From the human T2T-CHM13v2.0 reference genome, Homo sapiens: 64,000 nt of DNA. Shown here in pieces: positions 43,432 through 55,719 of this stretch. The notes below the pieces were generated by a model. That model saw only the letters and a program-made list of their open reading frames with translations. It did no database searches and was not told the origin of the DNA. How positions within the stretch are numbered: the stretch's first letter is position 1; every line of letters begins with the position of its first letter. The stretch lies in the NCBI RefSeq assembly GCF_009914755.1, contig NC_060938.1, one strand, 5' to 3'. A program made the position numbers and the translations under genes.

Positions 43432-43852
43432 CTGTTGGGGAATCCAGAATTTAAACCTAAATGTTATTGTTGTTGAGTCACTAAACAAAATGTGGTGCTC
43501 ATTTCTATTGTGTTGAGATACACATGACATAAAATTTACAATTTTAGCCACGATTAAGTGTACGGGTCAGTGATACTTTACACATTTGCAATGTTGTGCA
43601 AATATCACCAGTATTTGGTTTGGGAACATTTTCATCACAGAAAAGAAAACCTCAGCTCCATTAAGCGTCACTCTCCATTTCCCCTCCACTCACCCCCTGT
43701 GATCTGTCTCTAGGGATTTTCCTCCTCTGCATACTTCATGTCAATAGGACAATTCAGGATGTAGACTTCCGTGTCTCCCTCAGTTCACTCACCCAATGTT
43801 TACAAGGCCCATCCGAGTTGCAGCCTATGTCAGTGCTTCACTCCTTTTTAAA

Positions 43853-44022
43853 GCACCACAGCGTCTTCATCCCTGTGGGTTACAGACGCACCGCGGCGTC
43901 TTCATCCCTGTGGGTTACAGACGCACCGCGGCGTCTTCATCCCTGTGGGTTACAGATGCACAGACGCACCGCGGCGTCTTCATCCCTGTGGGTTACAGAC
44001 GCACCGCGGCGTCTTCATCCCT
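43853..44022. repeat. CpG-rich 35-bp VNTR, ~4.7 copies
   Basis: gcaccgcggcgtcttcatccctgtgggttacagac repeated nearly perfectly, with one 8-nt insertion. Confidence 0.95.
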
Positions 44023-44279
44023 CTGGCAGTCGATGGACACTTGAGTTGTATTCTCCATCTACTTCTGTGAGTGGTGACACTAGCTACATTTATGAGGTTT
44101 TCTGTGAAGACCATTTTCCAAAGTTGCTGTCCCATTTCAATACCAACATGCAAGCCATGACCATTCCAAATTCAGTATGTCTATACCTACAAGTGGTTAT
44201 GTTTTTCTATTCATTTTTCTTTTTTGAATGCTGATTATCTTAGTGTGTGTAAGGTGGTAATTCATAGGGAACTTAATCA

Positions 44280-44875
44280 CCAGCATAAACCAAATAACCC
44301 CATTAAAAATGGAGAAAGGACATGCACAGAAACTTCTCAAATACAAACATAGAAGTGGCCAACTAACCTATAAAAATGCTCAGCATATTCAGTCATCAGA
44401 TAAGTGCGAATCAAAACCAAATGATATACTTTCTCACATATGTCAGAATTGCTATCACTGAAAGATCAGAAATTAACAGATGCAGGCAAGGCTATAGAGA
44501 TAACGGACCACTTACACACTTTTGGTGAAAATATAATTTGGCCCAAGAACTGATGAAATCAATCTGGAGATTTCTCAAAGAATTTAAAACAGAGCTACCA
44601 TTCCCCTCAGCAATCTCATTACTGGGTATATGTCCAAGAGAAAACCAATCATTGGAACAAAAAGACACATCAACTCACGTGTGTATCACTGTGCTATTCA
44701 CAGTACCAAAGACATATAATAAAACTAAATGCCGATCAGTTACAGACTGAAAAAAGAAAACGTGGTACTTATACACAGTGGAATACCATGCAGCTGTAAA
44801 AATGAATGAAATCATGTTTTTGCAGCAACTTGGATTAAGCTGGAGGCCAAAATTCTAAGCAAACTGACAGAGACA
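44280..44875 (+). mobile_element. L1 ORF2 C-terminal fragment
   Basis: ORF KSIWRFLKEFKTELPFPSAISLLGICP. Confidence 0.75.
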
Positions 44876-46227
44876 GATGATAAGAGTCAATGGGAGATGA
44901 AATGGACAATTTGGGTGTTTCTTTGTGTAAAAATGAGAAAAGAAATCCCCTGGTTGCATGAACTCTAGAAATAGACAAGCCTGGAGATGCTGATGTCCTG
45001 ACTTCCATTACATTAGGTTGTGCTTTTTCTCATTTTTAGTCAGTTAACCTTGCTTTCCTTCACTCTTGCCTAAAATAGCCACAGATAATAATCTAGAGAC
45101 ATTAGAATAAAAATAACATATTTGAACATTAGAACAAGTGTTAACTTTTAGATCAAAGTTAGCGTGAATTCAGTGTGACAGACAGGAGACATGGCTGAAT
45201 ACTAGCAGTGTGCTCACAGTAATACTATCTAAATTAGGAAAGTTTATTCACATCTTTTAGATTAGATTCCGATTGAAATCCTTGATCTAGTATCATCTCT
45301 GATGAATCATACATCAGTAACGAAACTGGAGGTTATGCACTCAATTCAGTAGTACATTCAGAATCTGTTCCTCTACCTGATGTCAAGTCAGCCCGCATGA
45401 CAGAAGTTTTATTGTGGTCAACAGAGCTCATCAATAAGCCAAAGACAAGGATTAAGTACATGTTTTACAGGAGTGCCTGACTTTGGGATGCTCTTCACGC
45501 AAAGAAGTTTCTCATATCTTCTGGAACACGTAAAAATTCTCAACAAAAGAATAAATTTTAGATGCACGCCTATATTTTAGGGACCTGATTCATGTAACTT
45601 AGAAAGTAAAATCCTAAAGGAAAATGAAATGGTGTAACAACTAAAAGTATATATATTGTAGTGGGTCATTATACCAAACAGTCTTGTTTATAATATTATC
45701 TAAACACAGAAGGCATTAGAATTACTTATATAACTCAGCATCATTCCCATCCACAATCTTCTGAAAATGTTGAAGAAAATTGTCATACTTGAACTAAACT
45801 TGTCAAAACCTTAAGAAAATCTTGAACTTCCTTGGCCAAAGTTTCTCTCCCTAGCACTAGAGCATTATAGTCAAGTCCCTCAGTGAGACATCAGTCATCA
45901 CCTTATGATTTGGTGGCTGGAAGGCCCATACATTTAGAGATTTTCCCCCAGAGCTCACCTCTTCCTATTACATGCACGCATGACAAAGCATTGAAAGTGA
46001 TGACTGTATCTTACCCACTCCAGTCATCGACAGATTAAGCTATCATTTTCCTACATCTTTTCAATAGCCTCTAATGACATTAAAACAGGGAATGGTATTT
46101 ACTGGAAGAAACATCAGGGTAGGATATTGCTCTTGAACGGCTTTGAAGGGAATCTTACCAGGTAATTTTAACCACAACACAGCAGTGAATATGCACAATG
46201 TCAATACTAGGGTTCATATTTATGAAC

Positions 46228-47115
46228 TGTAAAACAAAAATAAAATCCTAAGTGCCCCAACTGACTAAATAGTCCATCTGTTCATCTAAGGGACTCCAGA
46301 AAAGCCTAAAAACTGAGATCCCAGCCATGACAAGATCAGACGCGCCTCTTACACTCACTCCCCTTTGCGGTTTAGACACAACAATGACCAACACTAATGT
46401 TAAAATAGAGATCAAAAGAATGACAGAACAGAATCTCTGTGGCAATAAGATGTCAAATTATAAACAAGACCTAAAGCCATGTCAGGCAAGGGTTCTGCCA
46501 CTCACTCCCACACTTAAAAGGTAAACTGTCTTCTAACTGCCAATAGGTTATTCGTTTTCTCTAGCGGCTCAGTAAGCACCGGCACTGAGACAAGCACTAT
46601 GAAGACAATTGCAGCCCATCCCCTGATGAACTGACCCCTGTTCCACAAGCCATAACCCCAGCTTTGATTGAACACTAGAGTGATATCAGGACCTTTCTCC
46701 TGATCAGAGACCACTCACCATGGCCTGGCTCTGGCCGTTTACAGAGGCTGCACCCTGAGTGCCTTTGTGTTTCTGCTTCTGCTATTGGCACATAGGGCCT
46801 GACTGTAATGAATTTAAATGCTAAGTCTCCACTGGTAAGTGAACAGGGGTCATACGTTACAGACATGTTTGTTCAGTATGCATGTGTGAGGACCACCTCC
46901 ATGAACATCAGTAGCCCCTCCTGTAACCTGTTGATTATGTCTGTTTAGCCAAACCCTTCAGCATAAAGCTTCTGCCCAACCCCTTCTTCCTGGGAGTGCC
47001 TTTCTCTCGTCTTTACCAAAAGCTATGCTTTCCAGCATATGGGATGGCTGTAAACCTTGATAAAAATAAACTCTCACTTTCCTAAATTGTAGATTGTGTT
47101 TTTTTTTATTTAACA
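46228..47115 (+). mobile_element. Solo MER4-group ERV1 LTR
   Basis: tgtaaaacaaaaataaaatcctaag...aataaa...taaca; 4-bp TSD gaac/caac. Confidence 0.7.
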
Positions 47116-48359
47116 CAACTGAAGATTAAATTCAGAAGTACATCTAATTATAAGGCTACTTTAGTGAAGAACGACAAACCGAGGATTTTCACATATACTG
47201 TAAGGGCCTGTGATATTTTGAAGCAGGAAGCTGACCTGAGACCTTCAGAATTAACTGATAACTGTGGATAATGAAAAGGCCCCACTCAGGACATTGATTC
47301 AGCACCCCTGCCTGTCTCATTCATTCTTCTCTTTCTTTTTATTATGTGCTTACAGTAATAAAATTTTTATTTTCTTTAGACCTGTTTGCTTTTCACACAT
47401 AGTGGACTCTTCTCTCTCTTTTTCACTCATTTTCTTAAGCTGCTAGGGAGAATAAAGCGTCAGGTCCTATTTTTGGTGCCTCGTTGCTGACGAATTAAGG
47501 TTTATTCTTCCTCCTCCTTATCCCCTGCATGTGGTAAATCTAGTAAGAAATCACAGAAGCTCCCTTATCTGATGCCCCTGTGAGGTTTAAATCACACAAT
47601 CTCCTTCTCCTGAGTAGAAACGCACCCCCAACCCCACCACCAAATCATTATAAAGCCCTGAGCCAGCCTCCTTTCCTGTCTACTGAGGAAATTCCAGTTT
47701 GAAATTTCTTGAGAGGCCTGTGCTGCTCTCAGCAGACACCTCAAAAATAGAGTTAATAAATGTTTTCATATTCACCTGGAGTGTGAGTGTGGAACCATCA
47801 GACTCGAAATCCACACTAACCATTGGTGGGGTCTCTCTTCCTTTGCCCAGTATCACCTACAATTGGAACTGTGGGCTTGGAGTCCTGACAATGACCACCA
47901 CGGGGGCTTTCTTCTCTTGCACTGGATGCTAACTCCCTCTGCCCCAATGCCCAGCATGCACTTTATCCTGCCTGCTTGCTCACTGGCCCTTGGAGTTCTG
48001 TTGAGCTGGGCTGCCATGCTGAGTTAAACACCGCACCTTTTATAGATTTAGCTGATTAACTTCAGAAGCATTGACACCTTATTGACATTCAGAAACAGGA
48101 GTAAATGACTGTAGGTGACTCTGCCTTTGGTGCATATGAGAAAGTTTTTCTCTTGTTACGACAAATGTTTCTTCTTCAGACTTCACAGGAAAAAAAGGAT
48201 AAGGAATCCAGAGATGTGCCACAAAGGAAACTGTTTTATGGAGAGGAAGCCACAGGGCTGACAGGAAACCAGACCTTAACACCCCTCTGCACCTGCCCTG
48301 GGGCTGGCTCTTGTGCTCAGTGGGTCCTGAGCGCCCCCAGGTGGTCCAGTGCCCACTTC

Positions 48360-48920
48360 AGGGAGGCTTGTTTCTAGGCTCACACTGACTTTTTTTCTAA
48401 TTGTTTTCACAAAAATGGAGACAGAGTAAACGGTGAATCCATGCATCTCAGAGAACACAGAACAATAGCATAACACCCCTCGACACACACACACACATTT
48501 AGGTGAATCTTATTAAAACTGCTGAAAACCAAAGACAAATAGAAATACATGCAGACAAGTGGAGATGAGTTGAGGGGGCATTCCTTCTAAAAGAACAGGA
48601 AAGATGATGACAGCATTCTTCTGGTTAAAACCTTATAAGCAAGAGGAAAATTGATGGTGTCTGTAAAGTGTTGGAAGAAAAGCCAACCCATTATTTTGTA
48701 ACCCATGGATGTTCGCTAAAAAGTGAAAAAAAAAAAAAAAAAAAGACTCTACCAGCTGCACCTCATACTGCACACCTGCAAACACAGAGAAATCCTGGTC
48801 AGCAACTGCCACACATATCCACTGTTTCTCTAATATCCACTCACAAACAATATCTGTAGTTCTTCATGAATCACCTCTTAAAATAGTAACAAGGAAAGCC
48901 CAGCTCAGCCCAAACAACAT
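48360..48920 (-). pseudogene. IGHVIII-44: IGHV clan III pseudogene: leader (48875-48920), intron and only EVQLVES remain; V body replaced; RSS-flank remnant
   Basis: MLFGLSWAFLVTILR|GT...AG|VQY EVQLVES then a T run; degenerate nonamer at about 48365. Symbol from gene order. Confidence 0.8.
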
Positions 48921-49019
48921 GGTGAGTCCTCTGTGTTAAGTTCTGATCACCAAGTGAAAACACCTGGGAATCCTGGCACTTGAGCTCCTCTCCCAGAGCT
49001 GCAGGGTCAAGGCTGGGCT

Positions 49020-49054
49020 GGTTTTCATCAGCAGAGGGAGGGAACTATTTGCAT
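49020..49054 (-). promoter_or_regulatory. VH promoter octamer upstream of the clan III remnant
   Basis: ATGCAAAT at 49054-49047 and ATGAAAA, in the same context as 3-41 and 3-43. Confidence 0.8.
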
Positions 49055-49974
49055 GTCTCCTACTATATAGAAGTCTCTTGGGCAGGATGTCTGAGGACAG
49101 GGCAAGGCACAGAGCAGATGAAGTTTTCTAGTGGGTGGTGGGGCTTGAAGACAATGATAATATTTGGAAAAAATGTAATTTCTTAGTAAAAGATTGTGCT
49201 GTGGTAAACATTTAGCATACATTATCTTAACACACGAAAATACATTGTTAGAGGCAGATGCCCATTGGTCCTCCATTTACAGATGTGAATGTAAACCCAG
49301 AAGCATGAGGGAGCTATGAGATGTGTCCTGGAGCTCACATGTGACAAGAATGGGCTCCAGGATCGGGACCTGTGCTCCTCTCCACCGGATCCCACAGCTC
49401 CCTTAGCCAACTTTATCCCAGAGTTACGCATACCTGGTGTGGTTTGAAGAAACCCTTCTTGTAATAAAAACATTAAAAAAAACTGCTGCATTTTAGAATT
49501 ACCAAAAAATAGAGATAGAGCTAAGGGTTATTCATTGTACATTCAGAAATATCTGACTTTTTATGTGATTTATCCATCTCCCTTACACCGTCCCTAAGAA
49601 ATTTATACAGGTATTTATTTGTAATAGCTTGAATAATATAAAATTCTAATTAACACACAAAATGTACAATTTGGAAATTATTGATGTAACCATCACCATT
49701 ATTAAGATAGAAAACAAATCAATTACCCTCAACATTTTCTCTTATTCTCTTGCAACGCCTTCCTCCCTCTTTTCTCTCACCTTTTCTCCATTCAACTCCC
49801 GACCTTCATGTCACTTCAGTTTCTATTCTGTAGAATGTATAAAAGTGTCATCATACAGGATGTAGTTTTTTTTTTTTTGGCTTATTTTACTTATATGTAC
49901 TCGTGAATTTAGTGCGTTTATGCGTGTATCAAACGTTCATTAATTGTAATGAACAACAGTATTCCAATGATTGA

Positions 49975-50241
49975 TTTTTTTTTTTGTTTTTTTGAGACGA
50001 AGTCTCGCTCTGTCGCCCAGGCTGAGTGCAGTGGCGCAATCTCGGCGATTCTCCTGCCTCAGCCTCCTGAGTAGCTGGGATTACAGGCGCGCACAACCAC
50101 GCCCGGCTAATTTTTGTATTTTTAGTAGAGACGGAGTTTCACTATGTTGGTCAGGCTGTTCTCAAACTCCTGACCTCATCATCCACCCGCCTCGGCCTCT
50201 CAAAGTGCTGGGATTACAGGCGTGAGCCACCGTGCCCGGCT
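49975..50241 (-). mobile_element. Alu with a small internal deletion
   Basis: T tract plus Alu consensus. Confidence 0.88.
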
Positions 50242-50689
50242 GAATTTGTTAAATTCGGTGTTTAATCTGACATCCTTCTGGATTTGCTCACATTGGAACG
50301 TAAAAGAAAATAATTTCCAAGACTTACGTGTAGCCAAAACAAAACCAAAAATTTCCCGTCTCTAAGCTACACCTACCACTGGATTTTTAACTGACGAAAG
50401 ATGAGCCTGAGAGAAATCACAAAAGCAGCCAATTCAAGGAAAAGCCATTTATCGTTCTCAGCTGAACTTAAGACCACAGTTACCACGAAGGCAGCTTCTC
50501 CACCTCCGGAGCTCAAGCGATCCGCCCGCCTCGGCCTCCCAAAGTGCTGGGATTCCAGGCCTGAGCCCGGCGCCCGGTCAGCGAAGGCAACGTCTAAAAA
50601 AACTTCTCACCTCCTGTCACCATTTCAGTGACAAATTCCCGAGTTTTCAGAGGACATGCCGAATCCAGCACAAAACACTGACTCTGAGG

Positions 50690-51190
50690 AGCTCCCGACG
50701 CCGCTGGCGCCTCAGCTGGCAGCAGCTGCTCCAAGTTCGAACCCGCGGGCGGTGGCGGAAGGGCCTTCTCGCGGGCGTCGGGCAGCAGCTGCAGCCCTGG
50801 GCTCGGCCGCGGCGGCTCCGCGTCCTTCCCGGAGGCGCCGGCGTGAGGTCCTCACACCCAGGCGGCTCAGTGGAGGCGCAGCAGCCCAAGGAGCGCGGCC
50901 CCCAGCGCCCGCGCCCATCCTGGAGAACTGCATCTGCGCAGGCCCAGAGCGTCCTCCTGGAGCAGGCGAGCCAGGATGGCGCCTCCTCGCTCCCAGCAGG
51001 CGCCCCCACGCGGCCCGTGCGGAGCCCAGCGACCAGAGCCGCGCGAGCCTGTGGGGAGCCTGTGGGGAGCCTGTGGAGGCCTGGGCTCCACCGCCTTCCC
51101 CACAGCCAGCAGCAGCTTGTGCCGCCCGCCTTCCCCTGGCCAGGTCTTCCTGCAGCTGGCGCCGGAGGCTGCGGAGGGAGGGCCCAAGGG
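50690..51190. promoter_or_regulatory. CpG island, retrocopy-like, parent unidentified
   Basis: Abrupt very GC/CpG-rich block in an AT-rich locus. Confidence 0.7.
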
Positions 51191-51941
51191 TTCTTTTCAG
51201 AAGACTGGCTTTTTATGAATTTTAACACAATATGTACAAGCTGCGTTCGTTTAATAACGCTGCTTCCGTCATACACTGGCAACTTAACACCTGAAAAGAT
51301 TAGATGTTATAAATAGGACTTGTTCATCCTTTATACACAGGATATCCATAGATAAATAAAACAAACACACAGACAGAAGAGATGATCATTAATCTCTCCT
51401 CCCGGTGCGCACAGAGGCCTGGAAGTCTGCACTTTCTCCTCCTCTCTCCTCCCCTGAACCAGAGCACAAACGCAATGTGTGTTGATCAAGCAGGGATTTG
51501 GCCATCCTCCCCACCCCCCACCAACATCAAAATAAAATAAAACACTGCATATGAATTTTAACAAAAAGATATTTACAAAATTTATTATTTTACCACCTGT
51601 AATTTTAACATACATCAGGCACTTCAGAACATCTAGAAAGACTAGATATTTCAAAAGAATACTTAGAATTTCCAATGATGTATACAATAGCGAGGAATAA
51701 AACGCACACAAGAAAACAATGACAATGATATGAAAATGTCTTCTAAATATGAGCAGCCTGGCATGGAACCCTCTTCCCTTCCTGCCCAGGTCTCCCCTCC
51801 ATGTCCTCTCACCCACTGAACGAACGTGGACGTGTGGTTACTGTGTCCCTTCCAGGGGTGGTCTAATAACACCATTTCAAAATGTCATTTCCAGAAGACA
51901 CCCCTTTGCTATGATTTTTTTAAAAAGCACATGGTAACTTA

Positions 51942-52270
<329 letters not shown>

Positions 52271-52714
52271 AAGCACATGGTAACTTACAAGACATGTAAT
52301 TTTCTGACTCTGTCATACATTTGGGAACCTCCTTATATCTAGGCGGATTAGATGCAGCAAATGTTTTCTTTTAAAAGGTCAGGGAAAGGTCGAGCGGAGC
52401 TTTTTCATGTGTTACGCACAGGCCTTCTAGAAAGGGCTGGTAAAGTGTGGTGGGCATGTCCAGTGGGACAAACTTGGAAGGTTCTTCTCTGTTTCTCCCC
52501 ATCCATGTCAAGGTCTTGTAGAAGAACGATCACCATCCGGTGGCCGCTACCCGTTCCCCACATCGTCTTCCAGGACTCTACTAACATTTCTTGCCCTAAG
52601 GCCTTTGAACCTTGCCAGGACTGGCAGGGTCCCTTCCAACATGGACAGGAGTCATCCCAGGATTCGGAGCTTCGGGGCTGCATGGCCTGAAGAGAAGGCG
52701 GATCTAAGTCCTAG

Positions 52715-53300
52715 ACCCCGCTTCCTGGCGACCCCACGCGTCCCCGGAACTCCCACGTCCCAGCTGCCCCCTCGCATCCCTGGACCGCCCACAACCCGCC
52801 AGCCCCCGCGCGTCCCGGACCACCTGCATCTCAGCTGCCCCCGCGCCTCTCCAGACCGCCCACGTCCCAGCTGCCCCCTGGCATCTCCGATCGCCGACGT
52901 CCCGCCATCCCCCGCGCGTCCCCGGACCGCCCACGTCCCATCAGCCCCGCGTCTCCCGGACCGCCCACTTCCCGACAGCCCCCGCGCATCTCTGTGGCAG
53001 CTGCCCCGGTGCTTCCCGCCCCGCCGCGCCCGCCCACCCAACGGCGCTGTGTCCCGCCGGTAGCTCAGCGGGGACTTCCTTTATGTGGTACAGGGTTGGG
53101 CCTGGAGACGCGGAGGCCGGCGAGGTCCTGGCTGGGAGAGGCCGCCGCTGCCTTCAGGTTTCCGAGGTGGGTAGAGAGGTTCCCGCTGCTTTGAGGTCAA
53201 GGCTCCTCGGTGGCGGCCACAGCAAAGGCTCCAGTGTCCGCCGCAGGGCAGAGGCCGGGCCTGTCTGGGGACCCCCGACTCATCTGAGGCTCAGGGCGGA
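52715..53300. promoter_or_regulatory. CpG island containing a ~36-bp GC-rich tandem repeat (about 52731-52995, ~7 copies) and GC boxes
   Basis: ccccgcgcgtccccggaccgcccacgtcccagctg variants; cccgccccgcc at about 53015. Confidence 0.8.
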
Positions 53301-54681
53301 GGGTCCAGTGAACTGACCTTGCCCCGCTTCTCACCACGCGCCCAGTGTCACTGTATTCAGCCACCACTGCACAAAGGCGTTACAGCTCTGTGCCCTGAGA
53401 AGCCCCTCATTCCCTCAGTGACTCCACAGGGAACACCGGGTGGGCCCCTGGATTCACAGCCCTGTAGCACGCTGCCCAAGGGGCCCCCTTGCTCTCCCAC
53501 CACCCAGAACACCGAGCCCGTTGTCAAGGCTGAACCATCCGCGGGCAGCTGGGACCAGGGAACATGGTGAGGGGCTCACGGCACCTGGCGTGCAGATCCC
53601 AGTAGCTGGATGCGGTTCTGCTAATCACTAACAGGCTTGCAGGCTTCCCCAGGAATCCACCCATAAACTTCACAGAACACCGTGTCTGTGAACCACCCAG
53701 TATGTGCATTCAGTTTCTAACCTCACTCTGGTCCGGAATCTGCCACCTGCAGGATCCAATTAACAAGAGAGAGATCTGGTACAAAGATTATTGTATTAAC
53801 CATAATGGTAAAGGGGAAGTGACCGCATTCCCATCCCAAGCAACCACTTGAATTTTGAAGGAAAGGCAGGGGTTTAAAAAAGGAAAAGTTGGTAAGAAAG
53901 GCATGCAAGATTTGGGCTGAGAACCAGGTCTGTGCGTCTTGTTCTGGCGGCTCTCTGGCATCCCAGTCCACCTAGATCTTGGGCTGGCATCATCTGGGCA
54001 ATGCCTGGGTTGTTAACTAGCAACATTGAAGTCACCTCTGGAATTCTGCATCAGGGTCTCCCGACTTTGTCTATCTGTCTCAAATTAGCTTCCGGAACTT
54101 CCAAAAAGGCACATAGTTCGATGCAAACATAAAGTTAGATTAATGTGAAGGGAATATTTATGGTGAAAGGGAGAAAGGTGGAGTCTATTTCAAGGCGTAA
54201 GAAAATTGATTCTGCTGTTTGCCTCAAGATTATATCTTTACACCCAAGAGAGACAGAAAAGTTTAACCTCTCTTCTGCCACCATGTATGACTGCCTTGCT
54301 TCCCGTTTTTCTTCTGCCATGATTATAAGTTTCCTGAGGCGTCCCAAGCCATGCAGAACTGTTTGGTGTGGAGATTACTGAAGAAGGGTTTTACTTACTA
54401 CTTGACAGAATTCCCCTTGGTGAAGAGGAAATGTCAGAGATCTTTAATTCATGACGATGTTGGATTATTGGCAGTTGGCTCACTAAGGATCCCATGTCCA
54501 AGAGCAGGATTCTCCTTCCAAAGTGTGGGTGTGGACTTGAGGAGCAGCCTTTGAAAGATGGGGCCCCTAGAATTTATAGAACTTCCTTTGATTCCTTGGA
54601 GGTTTGCAGTCTCCAGGTTGTCTGTCATCCAGGACTTTGACTGTTTGTGTGAAAGAGTGCTTCCTTTTGGGTGAAGAATTC

Positions 54682-55135
54682 TGTATGAATATCCTAGGGC
54701 TGCCAAAATGAAATACTACAAACTGGGTGGCTTAAAAATGACAGGACTGTATTCTCTCACAGTTCTAGAGACTAGAAGTCCAAAATCAAGTGTGAGCTGG
54801 GCTGCACTCCCTCTGAGACTCAGGAGAATTCTTCCTTGCCCTTTCCTCACTTGTGGAGGTGACTGGTAATCCCGGACATGCATTGGTTTACTGCTGCACC
54901 ACTCTGATCTTTGCCTCTGCTGTCATATGGCACACTGTATGTCTCTGTCTCTGTGTCCAAATTTCCTTGTACTTAGAAAGACACCCATCTTCCCACATTG
55001 AGGGCCTGCCCTGCTCAAGTAAGACCTCATCTTCACTAATAACATCTCCAGCTACCATATTTCCAAATAAGGACGTGTTCTGAAGTGCTGGTTGTCAGGA
55101 CTTTGACATATCATTTGGGTACACAGTTTAATACA
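54682..55135. mobile_element. MLT1 MaLR LTR
   Basis: tcctagggctgcc...caaactgggtggcttaaa...ctctcacagttctagag...aagtccaaaatcaag. Confidence 0.75.
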
Positions 55136-55244
55136 TGACGAACCCCGTTACAGAGCTACCATGTCTAGTGTCTTACACATTTTGTTTGGAGGGGGAGGGT
55201 AAAAATAACAATGGACTCCTGTGTGTTCTCTGACGATAGCAATA

Positions 55245-55450
55245 CCAATAGCTACCATGTAATGCCTATTAGTTGTTAGGTACTAAATATTAACTAATTT
55301 CATTCTTACAACAACCCTACTTTACATATGAGAAAACTGGGGTACAGGAAGTAACTGGCCCATTGTCCTCCAGTTAGCAGTGGCAGAGATGGTATACAAA
55401 GCCAGACTTCCCAGCTCCAGAGGCCGCATACTTAATACCACCCTGCCTTC
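55245..55450. mobile_element. MIR SINE
   Basis: cattcttacaacaaccct...ttttacatatgagaaaactgggg...aagtaactggccc. Confidence 0.65.
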
Positions 55451-55719
55451 TGGACAGTCAGGACAAGCAATTATGCCTGTGGTAAACATACTGTGCTGAC
55501 AAGTAAGGTTACACTTGAAATGTGGCTTACAATGCAAGGTATAGAGATTACAGGCAATTCATGTGTTCTGGTTATTTGTTGCTATTAAGTCTGAATTAAA
55601 ATGTAAGTGTGAAATTTCAGGTTTCAGGGAGTATAAAAAATAATATTAAAACCTCAAATACTAAGTTTAAAATGCATTTTGAAATTAAGCTGCCTGTATA
55701 TCATTCCCCACTGTCAAAT

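Noticed and set aside
43853-44022. 35-bp repeats as a CRISPR array
   Set aside because: Head-to-tail with no spacers; a VNTR
50647-51316. Overlapping 150-211 aa ORFs on both strands as a novel gene
   Set aside because: Stop-poor GC-rich DNA giving low-complexity Ala/Arg/Pro/Gly translations with no recognisable domain
52605-53063. Pro/Arg-rich repetitive ORFs
   Set aside because: Translation of the GC-rich tandem repeat
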